A stretch of 64,000 bases of DNA, from assembly GCA_050084985.1 (NCBI GenBank), contig JBITNC010000002.1, positions 11,160,001 through 11,224,000 on the forward strand, in the 5' to 3' direction. The translations under genes were made by a program, and so were the position numbers. Below, one piece after another: positions 38,341-51,107 of the stretch; position 1 is the first letter of the stretch; each line of letters starts with the position of its first letter. The notes beneath the pieces are model-generated. The model saw only the letters and a list, made by a program, of their open reading frames with translations, ran no database searches and was not told where the DNA came from. This DNA is from Nageia nagi. Lineage: Eukaryota > Plantae > Pinophyta.

Positions 38341-38915
38341 TTCCTCCAAATCCATGAACAATATCTCCCCAAGCTCCACATGGGATCCCAAACTTTCTCA
38401 AATTCCAATGTGAAGCCAAAAACTTCCCCATTCTCCATTTTGGGGTACCAAACTACTCTCTAGCCTAATGTCAAGTATGCCAACCTTCCTAGGTCCAATG
38501 TAGGGAGCCAACACTCCCTTAATGCAATCGTTGGGTGTCCCATCCCCTCCAAACCAGACATGGGGTGTCCAAATCCCTCCAGGATCACCATCATATACAA
38601 ACATCCCTCAACCACCCATGTGATGGGTAGTAGCTCTCCTAAATCTAATGTGGGGAACTGGAGCTTTTTTAGGCTCAACATCCCACTCCCAACCCTCTCA
38701 ATATTCCATGTGAGGGGTAGAATCTCCCTTAGGTTTAATGTTGTGTGGCAATCCTCCTCATAACTCAACATGAGATGATAAGCCTTCTTTGGGTCAAATT
38801 TGAGGTGTAAGAGCTCCCTTAAATTCATAATGGGATGGAAATCCTCCTTAAGGCTCAATGTGAGGTGTCTAGCCTTCCTAAGGCCCACAGTGTGGTGCAA
38901 GAAGCCCTCTAAGCT
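38341..38915 (-). repeat. Degenerate 30-bp tandem array (~19 units) encoding decapeptide repeats
   Basis: Units such as aggctcaatgtgaggtgtctagccttcct recur every 30 bp. ORF 38460-39047 reads xH(P/L)TLxLxEx repeatedly. Confidence 0.8.
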
Positions 38916-41900
38916 CAACTCCTCAAAGCTTCCTAGGATACAATATGGGGTATAGGAGCTTTCTAATGCTCCTCTCCTTCTATCAAAACTCCTCCATGTG
39001 CAATGTGGACTCATCTTCTTCTTCCTCCTTCTTTTAGAACCACTCAATCACCTCTAATCATTTATTATTAGCCTATGAAAAATAATCATGAATCCCCTAT
39101 AGTGTATGGGCCTTCCTATCAATCTCGAAACTCATAGTGAGTTTTTGGTAATTAATGTGAATGTCACCCAACTTGAACAACCACTGCACTCTTAGAATAA
39201 TGTGAGGATGCCCCTTTAAGAGATAAATATATAAGTTCTTCCTCATTGTATAAGTCTACAACCTTACTCCAAACCTCTTAACAATGTGGTCCACTAGAGT
39301 GAATTTTCCATTAGCATTGGAAACTTTGAATCCTTTAGTCTTCATATTCTTCTTCTTTACAAATCCTTCATCAATGAAGTTGTGGGATGCTCCTATATTA
39401 ATCAATACCATCACATCCTTCCCACCTGCTTGCCTCACTACCTTCACTATGAAGTTATTCTTCACCCCATGTAGTGATGTGATCATACTTCCCAATGAGC
39501 CTTCCACTCTAGGTGCCTCCTGATCTAACATGTCCATGCCAAGATCTAAGTTTGAATAATCTATCTCCTCATTGAAAAACACCTCAATGTAGTGTACCTG
39601 TCCCTTATTTTGGCAATAGTTCCCTGGCTCCCAAGTCTTCTTGTAATAGAAGCACTCTCCTTCCTCCCTTAGCTTCCTCTAAATAGTTGCATCCAACTGG
39701 TTCATCTGAGGTTGGGAAGGGTTTGTTATTGCTAGACCCCTCTTCAACAAAATTATTTCATGTGGTTGTCCCCTTGTAACTATGCCCTCCCTTGATATAT
39801 TTCATGGTTGGCTCTAGATCATATGCATCTTGGATAACATCGTCAAGGCTCCTAAATGAGGATACCTTGGTCATTCCCTGCAACAAATCCATCAATACCT
39901 CTATGAAGAGGAATGTTAATCACTCCTCAAGAATGTGGTGAATCATGATTGTAATCTTCTAAAATTATGATACATACTCATCCACTACTCCCTGTTGTCT
40001 CAAAGATATCAAATCTCAAAAGTAATCATTCACCTTTTGATCAAACCTTTTCACCAACCATCTAGCAAACTCATCAAAAGAGGTAATGAGTGAGTAATCA
40101 TGACTAATTACTTCATGCTTCCATCATTCAAGGGCATCACCCTCAAAGTGTAATGATGTAAAGTGAATTGCATCCTCCTCCACCATATTCAAGCTTAATA
40201 TGAAGTAGGTCAATAGCTGATGTAGCCAAGTCCTAGTTTTCATCTTCTTCCCATCATACATCTATACCTACATTTTGTTTATCTCTTACTAAAGGTCTCT
40301 CTTATCTCCCCACAAGCTGCTTGGAGTATGTGAACCATGTGAATTGCTCCCCTTCAACCTTAGGATCTCTAGGTAGTCATTGAATTTGGCATCTCTCTTC
40401 AATATTGGATCTAAGATGGAGTATTCCCTAAAACTTTGATTCAACTCTAGTGGGCCAAGAACCCTTTTCTTCACCTCTTCTCTTGTCTTCTTGTGAATAT
40501 GGGTTTGGATGGCTTGGGGATAATGGATTATTCCCTAATATTACCAACATCCTCATTTAGGTACTTACCTAAGAGATGGTAGTACCCTATGGAGCTCGAT
40601 ATCAATGGGATCTCAAAAATGTTGGTTCTAGAAGACCCATAGATATGTGATAGGTAGAATATTAATTTCTTAAACTACTAGATCTCCTCATGTTCATATC
40701 CTAATCCTCTCTATCATCCTCCCATGGCTCTTCTCGATCTCCAACTTGCTTATGCATGGTATTTATATATTTTTGCATGGTCATGATAACTCCTATCATG
40801 CTATGGATGGATGAAATGAGCTCATTGAATCACCTCTCATCCATGGATTATTGCATCAAAGTAGGGCTTCTCCTTCTTATCATTTATTCCTCCCTCTTAA
40901 TGCTTCTTTTTCTCTTTAGAATCACCTTCATTTGGAACCTCATTCATCCATGGCCAATGTTCTTCCTCTTGGATGACCCTAGAAGTTGTATCTTTTACCT
41001 ACGAATTTTCACTCTTCCTTGCAAATGCCATCACTTTATGAATGATGGATATGGCATAATAGTGATGAACTGCAGGTATCATTCACAAGTTGGCCAAATC
41101 CAAGCTTCGATACCATTGTAAAGATCCAATTACAAACTAAAGTGTAAATTAGCAAACTCAATCAAGCAAATATCCATGTTTGATCTAGAAGTTCAAATAC
41201 AAGCTTCAACTACCTCATAATACTAACATTAGAGTTAGGGCATCAATTACACACTTACACAACAAAATAATGCCAACGTTTGGCTTATACATGTATTAAT
41301 AAACAATTACATTACAACATTGTAATAGTAAAGCATACATAATACATATATGACGATCGAATTCCCAACAACTATATATAAGATAAATGATGATCAATAA
41401 TGCAATAACAAACCCTTAGGGCTAAAAGTTGACCTCCAAGGACTTAATTAGGGCATAATGTGTATATTTCACTATTAGATAAATGAATGATGAATGGGAC
41501 AATCTTGCTCCCCCATAACCTAAATCCTCTCCACCAAAGGAGCCCTCCTCAAATCCTGGAAACCACTAAAGTTAAAAGCTCAACCTTAGAATACCACAAG
41601 ATGGGCTAGGGTGCTAAACCAAATTCCTAGACTAACAATATCCCTCAACCTACTAATCCTCCTAGACGTTGCATTTAGAGGTTTGCTTAGCATTGCGCTA
41701 AGACTCTTATCCTTTGTATGGTATCAAAGATAATAATAATAATCAAGTATATACAGTAATGAGGCTTTAAGGGTTAATATAGCATTCTTAGATCTGGATC
41801 TTATCTTAATGTCATCATCTAGTCCTCTCATGCCCCAAATTTGGCACATAAGATTCAAACAAGACTCAATGTGGGTATCTAGGTATCCCTCACACTCCAT

Positions 41901-42286
41901 GTGGATCATGGGATGCATGTGTGGGTATAAGAGGCATGTATGGGCATCTAGGGGGGTAACATGGGTGCCATGGGCCAACATAGGGATCTAGAAGTCTACC
42001 CAAGGTTGGTGCATGTATAAAAATGCTCATCCATCCACCTAGGTACTAAATAAGCCTTGGGATTCCTACAATCATGTATCAGGATCTCCAAGTACATTAA
42101 AACACCTATTCTACAATTGGGAGGGATATGTCCCACATGGGGCTCATAATGGGGTCCAATGACACATTAAATCTTCTATCCCAAGTAATAACTTAAAGCA
42201 TAATTAAATAATAAAATATAATAAAAATGGGAATCTGTTGGATTCTATAATTAATTACAATAATGCAAGGGGGATGTCACACAAAG

Positions 42287-44279
42287 TGCTACTGGAAGAA
42301 GGTAATGCATGAGAACTAAATCCATCAGACCAAGGATCTTAAGTTTTTCCATAGAGATATTTTTGCTAATATTTGAACTAAATCCATTAGATACTTTCAC
42401 ATTGTAAACTAGTTGGAAAACTCTTTATCTATCAATATTGATTAATTGTAGGGTGTTACTAGAAGATATATCTTAATTTCTTCAATTACTAACCATGATA
42501 GTTTCTTGATCTTCATATTTCTTAAATCCTCATAGATTTTTGTGTCATCCTTTGACTTTCCTTCGATACTTAAAAATATCCTAAATAGGTTTTTGCAAAT
42601 ATTTTTCTCCATGTGCATAATATATAAGTTATGATGAAATAAAATATGTTATTCATAGATAGAAACATCAAACTAAAATTTAGGTCATTGATAATAATAA
42701 TAATAAATTAATATAAAAATAAAATTACATATCATACCTCCTAATAGGATAGATTGCAGAATATATATTTCTTCTTCCATCCTTTAGTGTCATCACCATA
42801 TTTACATTTTTTTTAACTCACTCTTTCAATTTTAGTGGGATTTTTTAACTTTTTACAGTATTTGCTTTCTACTTAAATGGATTGGTGCTTTGTCCCACTC
42901 TTCTTGGTTATTGAAAGATTCCTTTTTATGATCAAATATATAATATTTAGGAAGGAATCTCCTATGGCCCATATAAATGATCTTATTACTACCACTAAGT
43001 TGTTGTGAATAGGTGTTCCCCTCGTATTTTACACATGTTAAAAATCCCTTTATCATCCATCTTGATAGGTTTCCATAAGAAGGATAATCATGAATGACCC
43101 ATATCAATATTGCTCTCATATTGAACGTAGTATTATGAAATGCATCATAAATTTGTACTCCTTTATTCCATAGTTTATGCAAGTCATCAACTAAATATAA
43201 CAAGCTAAGCATTGAATAATTCCTCTTCATATACATCCATGGTAAAAGGCTGTATATGACCAACACAATGGGCCAACAAATATAATAAGAACTAAAATCG
43301 TCAAAAACATTGAACCCATTAATTGTCATTATCAACTATACATTGTGTGGATCTTCAACAAAATATAGCCACATAGCATCTATCTTTTTCCATGTTAGAG
43401 AGTCAATTGGATGATATATATTGGCTTCTAAACTATTATGCTAGGAATGCCACCTCATATGCTCTGCAAGCTTTACAAAGCTACAAGAAGAAAGTAACTC
43501 ACTTTAACCATATCTAACAATGTTGAAAGAAACAAACACAACAAAGCTATTGGTATGATAAATATCTTAGTTATACATTCTCTTCAACCATGGTATAATG
43601 GGAAAATACTTCAATACCTTTGTAGGAACCTTATTCTTTTGTTTGTTTTCAAATGAGGATCAAATTTCCATCAAGATGCACTACATTTTGGATACATTGC
43701 CTATTTTTATGATCTTTCTAAGATAAAATATAGTCATTTGGACATGCATGTATCATTATATAATATAATCCCAATAGATTTAAAAATTTATTCATCACAT
43801 ATGGTGAATTTATAATTGTATTATTGATTACAAGGAGCATATCTTTCAACAACTTGAATAGCTACAACCAAGCTACAAATTAAAAATCATTAATAGGAGA
43901 TTAGAACTTGACATCATTATCTCGTAGTTCTTTTCTACTCTTTGAGTAATTGATATTAATGATTGTAATAATATCATCTTGTATGCTTTTGATATTTGTA
44001 TATTCATTCATATTGATGGATGCATCCAATTCATATTGGTCAAAAGTAGTTTGTTTTTCTCCATGCAAAAAAAAATCATCATGTATTTTCATACCCATTT
44101 AAAAATAGGTGCTTATAAACCTCCTCAAAATTGAGAGTTTTCGTATTTTAGTACCACCACTATTGATATATAATTATTTTAAGGTACTTTGAATTATTTC
44201 TTGCAAAATCAATGAATTCATTAACCCCATGAACATAATCATTAGTATTTCTAAGTGTTTGTAGCCAATCTTTATCCAT
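42287..44279 (-). pseudogene. CACTA/En-Spm TnpD transposase, N-terminal part (Transpos_assoc + Transposase_21), decayed
   Basis: ATG at 44279 gives MDKDWLQTLRNTNDYVHGVNEFIDFA; IHACPND; ORF 42853-43335 has WPIVLVIYSLLPW..DDLHKLW..IHDYPSYGNLS..YMGHRRFLP; IMHMEKNICK. Confidence 0.9.
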
Positions 44280-44514
44280 GATGTTTCACAAAAAACTCTC
44301 CTTATACTTAGCCACATCATAGATAAGATAACATTTAACTTTGATCCACAAAAATATATCCCTAAGGGGTCATTATAAAAACAACATTAAAAGAGCGTGT
44401 TATCTTCATGTAGCATTAATATGGGTATCGATAGTATTAAAATCTTTTATTTAATGAAGCACTTGGGATAATCCCTAAACATATAACCTTTATATGTGTT
44501 TTACTTACATGCAG

Positions 44515-44760
44515 GAATCAAGGTTTAGAAAATGAGGGTTGTAAATACTTTAATAGCATGAGTGACTCTTATTGCATTATTCATGGTATGAATAATTACA
44601 TGCATCATTGACCTTCTTGGTCATGAAAACTATCTTGAGGAAGAAGCTTTGAACTTCATTACCAAAATGTTGAGAAAAATTGATAAACATATATGTAAAA
44701 TATGGAAGATGAATGATGCATATACAACTTTATGGACTATAATGATTTGAGGATATGTAA
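44515..44760 (+). pseudogene. PPR (PLS-class) gene fragment
   Basis: GLENEGCKYFNSMSDSYCII..C.IDLLGHENYLEE..NFITKM, frameshifted. Confidence 0.75.
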
Positions 44761-44789
44761 TTTGATATTCTTGCATTAGGAGTTTCCAT

Positions 44790-46960
44790 AGGCCCTGGCG
44801 GTCCTGATGGAGGCGATGTATCTGATGAGGATGATAGCAACAAAGTGAATCTTGAAAAAAGAAAGAAGAGAAAATAAGATGAGCATGACAAAGCCTCGAA
44901 GAAGTAGCTCGCTCATGTGAACCTACATTAGTAACCCCAACAAGTTAACGATGGAACTTGGTTGGAAGGAGTGGATTTGAACGCCTATCTCAAGAGCTTA
45001 CAAGATATGACCAGAAGTGACTATGGTAGTGTTGATGCTGATAATGATGATGATGATGATGACACTCTTGCAAGAACCCCTAAAATCCTTCAAAGTTTCC
45101 CCAGTATCAGATTCGATAAGAGGATTTCAATGAAAAAACTCCACAACAATAAAAAGGGCCCAAAGATGTAGCTACCCTCAAATCCATGCTAAAAAATATG
45201 ATATTGAAAAGATCAATGAGGATGGAACAATGTGTATAGGGAAGTATATTATGGACCACATGCAAAAGTTAGTGAAAAAACATGAGAAAAATGTTAAGGA
45301 TTTAGAAGGAAAGATCCAGAAAGAGAGGGCAAGAACCTTTAATTGTTGATGAGAATGCTCTAAAAGTCAATTTTCATAAGGCAGACACATTTGCTAAAAG
45401 GGCTCAATCTCTCATCACCCAACTACTTAGTACCTTGGACAATTCCTATGACATGTTCACTTGGTTTTTGTTCATTAGAAAAGAATTGAAATATATAGAG
45501 AGAACTATAGCCGCCATGAAGGATGTATGGTAAGCTAACATTCAATTTATTTTCAGCTCAAAGAAGAAATAGGGGTAAAAAACTATCTTTTGAATGAGAA
45601 TATGTGATAAATTCTTTTTCTATCATGGATATTTCCTAAAAAATCAAGAGAAATGCAAGGAGATGCTGGTCAAGTTCAAAGCAATATATGAGAAGTTAAA
45701 GGCTATCTTGCAGACCGTAAGCATTCAACTTTTTGATGAAGTTACACTTATATAAAAGACACAATTGCAAGCTAGTTTCAAAGAGATGATGAAGTCTCAA
45801 TTATTAACCAAAAAAATTAAATCCATTCAAGTTCAAAGTCTACTATGATCATATGATGTGTTGGTAATTTTTTAGTTGAGATTACAGGAATTGATGGATG
45901 AAATCAGGAGGCTAGATGATGAAACAATTATGGATGCTAGCAACCTAAAGTAGCATATTGGGAAGTTGACCAAGTTCGTAGGAAAAGACCTTCAAAACAA
46001 GTTGGCAAATTCATTAAAGAGTAACTAAAGTTCTACCCCCATATCACCCCTTGGATAAGGTCAATTTGTAATTTGAGAATGATAATGTTCAATTTTTGGA
46101 TGGTAATGTTCCACCACTCGGATATGGTAATTGGAGGAATTAGACTTAATAAAAGTCTTATTACATATTTTAATTGGAAGTAAAACATGTTGATGGTCTT
46201 ATCCACATATCACCCATTGGATAGGGTTTTATTTTGACAAAATGGAAAGAGGAAAACATTTTGTTGGGCTTATTTAAAGTCCCATTCTACACTTTCACCT
46301 AAGGACACATGGCATTACCAACATATAGGGACATGTGAAGCAAGTAACATAAGAAGATACATAGTGAGTCAAGAGAATTTAGGATATATTAGTTTTTATT
46401 TAGTTGTCACTTTTTGATTAGCTAAGCAATTTGAAGAGTCTCTTGAAGTTGAGGAGCCATTTTTGTAGCTAAAGTAGATAGATGAATAGTCAAGTTTTTC
46501 CGCTCCCTTATCTTTTATAAAAGGCAGGTTAGTGAATTGTAAAAATTCTCTCTCATATTTGCAAGAAATTGTTGTATTTTTGAAGATTGAAGATTAATAA
46601 AGAAGACTTGATTGCTCTTATGTTATCATTCTACTATTATTATTTTCATGTGTGAATGCTTTGTTTACAAACTAATTAGTAAACTTGTGTTGCATATGAT
46701 TTTGATAACCTTTCATGTGTTTTGCAAGTGTTGCAACATGACTTATGATTGAAAGTGAAGACTAATACAAGTGAATTAGTATTGATTTTTAGTTAGGCTA
46801 ATATGATAAAGACTTTCACTCTAATTATTGAGCAAAGATCTAGGGACGTCCTTACTATTTTAATCTCAAACAAGCTTTGCAGTTGGAATTATCATAAGTT
46901 ATTTTCTCCTACCAGGTTATCAGTAAGAAGAATAAATTTTTCAATTGGAAACTCCTGCAA
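44790..46960 (+). mobile_element. Retrotransposon remnant: decayed acidic/coiled-coil accessory ORF (~44800-46030) followed by LTR-like sequence
   Basis: Interrupted K/E/D-rich frame (e.g. 44962-45171), then non-coding sequence with TATAAAAG at 46516 and LTR-like U5 composition. Boundaries uncertain. Confidence 0.4.
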
Positions 46961-47084
46961 GAATTAGTTGATTTCAAGAAAGTTGAAGAAGAAGATTGAA
47001 GCTTATCAAGGATCCCCTTATTAAAAAGGAGGATTGCATAATCCCTTATTTTTCCCTTTTTCTCCTGCAAGAAAAAATGATTAA

Positions 47085-48270
47085 TATGTCAATGATGCAT
47101 GTATAATGATTCATCCTAGGAATATTGCAATAAGAATCACTCATGCTATTAAAGTATTTATAGACCCATCCACTATAGATGCATGGTAGCATGCGAGTAT
47201 AACACATACAAAGGTTATGTTGTTAGGTTAGTTCCCAAGTACTTCATCAGTTGAAAGAGTTTAAGGGCATCCTTGTTGTATTCTTGAATTGCATATCCTC
47301 CAATCATTGAATTCTATAAAACTATATTTACATCATGCATCTTGTCAAACCATTCTTAAGACTATTATATTCTTCCATATTTTCCATACATTTCTATTAG
47401 GGCACTCACAACTACAACATTCGATGCAAAACTATTTTCAACTATTACACTAATAACTACTATTGTTTTTTGTTGCATTCTATGAAACTATGTTTGCACC
47501 ATGCATCTTGTCGAACAATTCTCAAGCCTTGTGTTTGTGGGTGTGATTAATCTCCTATAAGAAAGACATGTATCCTTTTTTTCCAACTTCAATCCAACTA
47601 AATCCAAGTTTCTTCTTGATTCCTTATCTTTCATCAATGTCCTTACACTTTGAACATCATCCCAACTTCCCACTTTAGCATAAATATTTGAAATAAAAAT
47701 AAAATATGGAGCATATTTAGACTCTGACATAAAAATTATTATTTCCATAAATTCACCTATTCCTACATTCTTAAGTGATCTACAAGAAACAAGCAAACAC
47801 ATCCACATACCCAATTTAGGTTTTTTGGGCATCTTGACAATGAAGTTCATAACTTCTTAAAGATAGCCTTCATGACCAATAAGCTCAACAATGCATATAT
47901 AATGCTCCATCCCAGGAATAATGGAATAAGAGTCACTCATGCTATTAAAGTATTTACAACCATCATCCACTATACCTGCATGACAACATGCAAGTAGAAC
48001 ACATACAAAGGTTATGTTGTTAGTGTTGGTTATTAGGTGCTTCATTAGTTGAAAGAGTTTAAGGGCATCCTTGTTATAGCTATGAATTGCATATCCTCCA
48101 ATAATTGCATTACATGAAATTGGGTTTGCACCATTCATCTTTTCAAACAATTCCTAGGATAGAAATACACTTTTAAAGAGTCTTTTATGTATGTTTAAAC
48201 ATTGTTGCAAATTTCCCAATTTGGTACATGCTTTGAGGATGTTTAGAAAGGTGAATTGATCTGCTTGGAC
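47085..48270 (-). pseudogene. PLS-E class PPR pseudogene with a tandemly duplicated PPR segment
   Basis: 47857-48150 NAIIGGYAIH..DALKLF..TFVCVLLACCHAGIVDDGCKYFNSM..HYICIVELIG; E domain 47488-47850 WMCLLVSCR..ISNIYAKVGSWDDV..VRTLMKDK; second copy of the same repeat at 47085-47480. Confidence 0.9.
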
Positions 48271-48322
48271 TACTACTACTATGATTACCTTTATTTTTTT
48301 GGTTCTTAATCATCACCTTTAA

Positions 48323-48465
48323 GATTACCTTTGTTGTTTGGGTTGAAACTAGCCATCACTATGTTTGCTTTATGATCACCTTTGTTGGTTGGGTTAAAAC
48401 TAACCATCACTATGTTTTCTTTATGATCACCTTTTTTGGTTGGGTTGGAACTAACCATCACTATG
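48323..48465. repeat. 51-bp tandem repeat x ~3
   Basis: gatcacctttgttggttgggttaaaactaaccatcactatgttttctttat units. Confidence 0.9.
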
Positions 48466-48899
48466 AAACACACAATGCTCTAATGATATTTGGAAGCTAT
48501 TCTTATTTTTCCAAAGGTTCTTTGTAATTGCTTCTTCCAGGCCCACTCCATCAACAAACAATGCAAAGAGGGGCTATAATACATCACTAATAAATTGTTG
48601 ATTCTGTGAAGATCCAAGAAAAAAACTAAGAAGGTTTTTTCTCTTATTTACTTTGCAAGCATTAATTTCAATTTGCTCCATTAAAACTTGTAAATAGGGG
48701 CATGCGTTGACACATAATTTGGCACCCTTTTTGAGCCAAACTACATGTCACATAACCCTCACTACATCGGGATGAATATGATGTTATGTAATATTTTCTT
48801 TATTGCTTATGATCTAAGTTACTTCCCATATGTGATTATCTTAATTTTTAGGTTGGACCATCAACATCGATGCTAGAATGCAAAGGTGCATTCAAGTAT

Positions 48900-50330
48900 A
48901 TTCATAAACCTGTAAATTGATAATTATAAATATGTTAAGACTATCTAGATTTCATCTTGATAGGACTACGCATATCTCTCACAAACTTATCTGTGTTCTT
49001 CAACACCACCTATTGAGATTGGAATATGTTAAACTCAAGATTTATATGTCACTTCACTACTACCTTGGAGGATAATTGAACAACACTGGATATGAAGTGA
49101 GCAATATACATCCATAGGATCCCTAACACCAACACTTATTCACATATAAGATATCTTTCCAAGGTCTTGAATACAAGTCTTCATGTTTGTACATATCACT
49201 TCAAGTGAATCTTCATCATCTAGGTAAATAACAAGTATGCATCTATCAATCCATTATCTCATAGGTTAGGGCATGTTAATTTTATCATTACTATCATCTT
49301 GCTTTATTTCCATTAGTTATTGAGTGATCATAAGAATTTGGGCACCTTTTATCTTTAATGAAGTATATATATTTGCTTCATCGCTTACTAAAGTATAGGG
49401 TTGCATTTTATCATCTACAATTGAATATAGGGTTAAGCTACAAAAGATAATAACACTTGAATCAGATTTAGGTGAATGGGTTCAAGAGCTATGGTTCGAA
49501 AAAAATAATTATCTATGTTTGGTATGCATTCAGCTGGGGCATTATATTATTTCATGTCTAGCTCGGAATGAATGGAGACCAAAATTTTGACAAAGTAAAC
49601 AAAATCCAAATGATACCAAAGGACATCCTATAACACCCTTATTTCACATAATACATAAGAATACTACTTTAACACCTATCCCATGTTCTCGAGAGGTGAC
49701 TATATTTTTTAAATGTAAACTAAGTATCAAATGCATTCAATTCTGAATTGTGAGAAGACATTATATAATCATGTGAGATTGAGATCACATTAAATTTGTT
49801 GTAGACTTGATTCTAAATATATCTATCATGAGTCTAGATCTCTTCTTAGACATTTACCATTTCCCATTATTTAATATAACTTGTTAAATAATATCCTATG
49901 GATTGCCTTTATATGTTCCTTAATATTTTCTTAGCATACTCACTAGAAAAAGCTCTTCATAAACATAGTGCTTTCTTGATGGTATCAATTACCTAACTTG
50001 TAAATGACCCATCCGCATCAAGAAAATTACTTCAAGGTCCACTCCATACAATTATCCTTGCATAACTTGATTGGATAATCCTATTCTCAAATTGAATAGT
50101 ATGCTCCCACTTGGTCATTTACTAGGTTTCAAAACTAAATCTTGTAGGTTTATATCTTAGAAATATTAAAAATGATTTTAATAAATCTTGTAGGTTTATA
50201 TCTTAGAAATTTTTCCCCTTAGAGATATTTGCATATCTTATGATGTTTCATTTACTTTCATCCTCAAGTTATTAGCCCAAGCTTCACGCTTTTAGATTGA
50301 GGGCATTAAGTCCTAAGCACATTTTCATAA
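48900..50330 (-). mobile_element. Possible extremely decayed Copia remnant
   Basis: Scattered minus-strand traces only (xDNG integrase-like at ~49255; GNG protease-linker-like at ~49860). No continuous frame. Confidence 0.3.
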
Positions 50331-51028
50331 GCTTAAATAATAAACAAATGTTATCCATCTCATTTAATTAACATCCATCCATAATGTAATTAAACATTCA
50401 CTTTTATTTATATCCAAAAGTGAACTTAATAATTAAATCATAACTTTCAAAAAATTGTATTCAATTAAGAGTACATCTTAAACCAATAATTACATCAAAT
50501 CATTATCTTTGCAAATTTATAATTCCAAAGTTTATACAATCTAATCATCCTAAGTACAAGAATTTTATAAGCATAAAAATAACCAATATTATTTTGTTGG
50601 CTCCAAGCACTAGTTTATTTCTTTACTACCTTTGGATTGAGACACAATAGCTCAAGAATGTATTTAGATTAGAATGCCATTTTTTCCTCTTTCCTAATGT
50701 ATACTACATGTTTACAAAAGGAAGGAATAAAACATACAAAAAGATCTTTTCTTTTTCATAAAATAATATAAGGGTAAAGTAAATACATCATCTAATTTAT
50801 TTCTCATCAAATGAATTTCACACCATTCCTTTACCATACCTAGGGTTATTTCTCTTTATCTAGTATTTTACTATACTAATAAAATAACAAAATCACACTC
50901 AAAACCCTCTTTAAATTCCTTCAATAATTTTATCTAACATTTATCCAATATTAAATAAAACAATTCCTAAGGATCAAAATAAATTTCTACATAATTTAAT
51001 TTCTCATAAAGACTAAAACAACACTCTT

Positions 51029-51031
<3 letters not shown>

Positions 51032-51106
<75 letters not shown>
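51032..51106. repeat. (AC)~33(AT)4 compound microsatellite
   Basis: Directly visible. Confidence 0.98.

Positions 51107-51107
<1 letters not shown>

Larger units (their letters stand above)
25806..42281 (-). mobile_element. Non-autonomous Gypsy element (gag + protease only; TR-GAG-like) inserted into the CACTA transposase; its 3' LTR is interrupted by a Copia
   Basis: 5' LTR 41117-42281; 3' LTR 25806-26667 + 37701-38000; TSD CAAAG (25801-25805, 42282-42286). PBS TGGTATCGAAGC next to 41116; PPT GAGAGGGGAGG at ~38003-38014. Decayed gag ~39600-40300; protease VLINIGASHNFIDEGFV (39256-39582). No RT/IN motifs seen. Confidence 0.9.

Noticed and set aside
48323-48465. Repeat array with hairpins resembling a CRISPR array
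   Set aside because: The units are contiguous tandem copies with no unique spacers, the context is eukaryotic, and there are no cas genes.
23000-48800. CACTA terminal inverted repeats
   Set aside because: No matching CACTA...TAGTG pair with a 3-bp TSD was found, so the element boundaries are left undefined.
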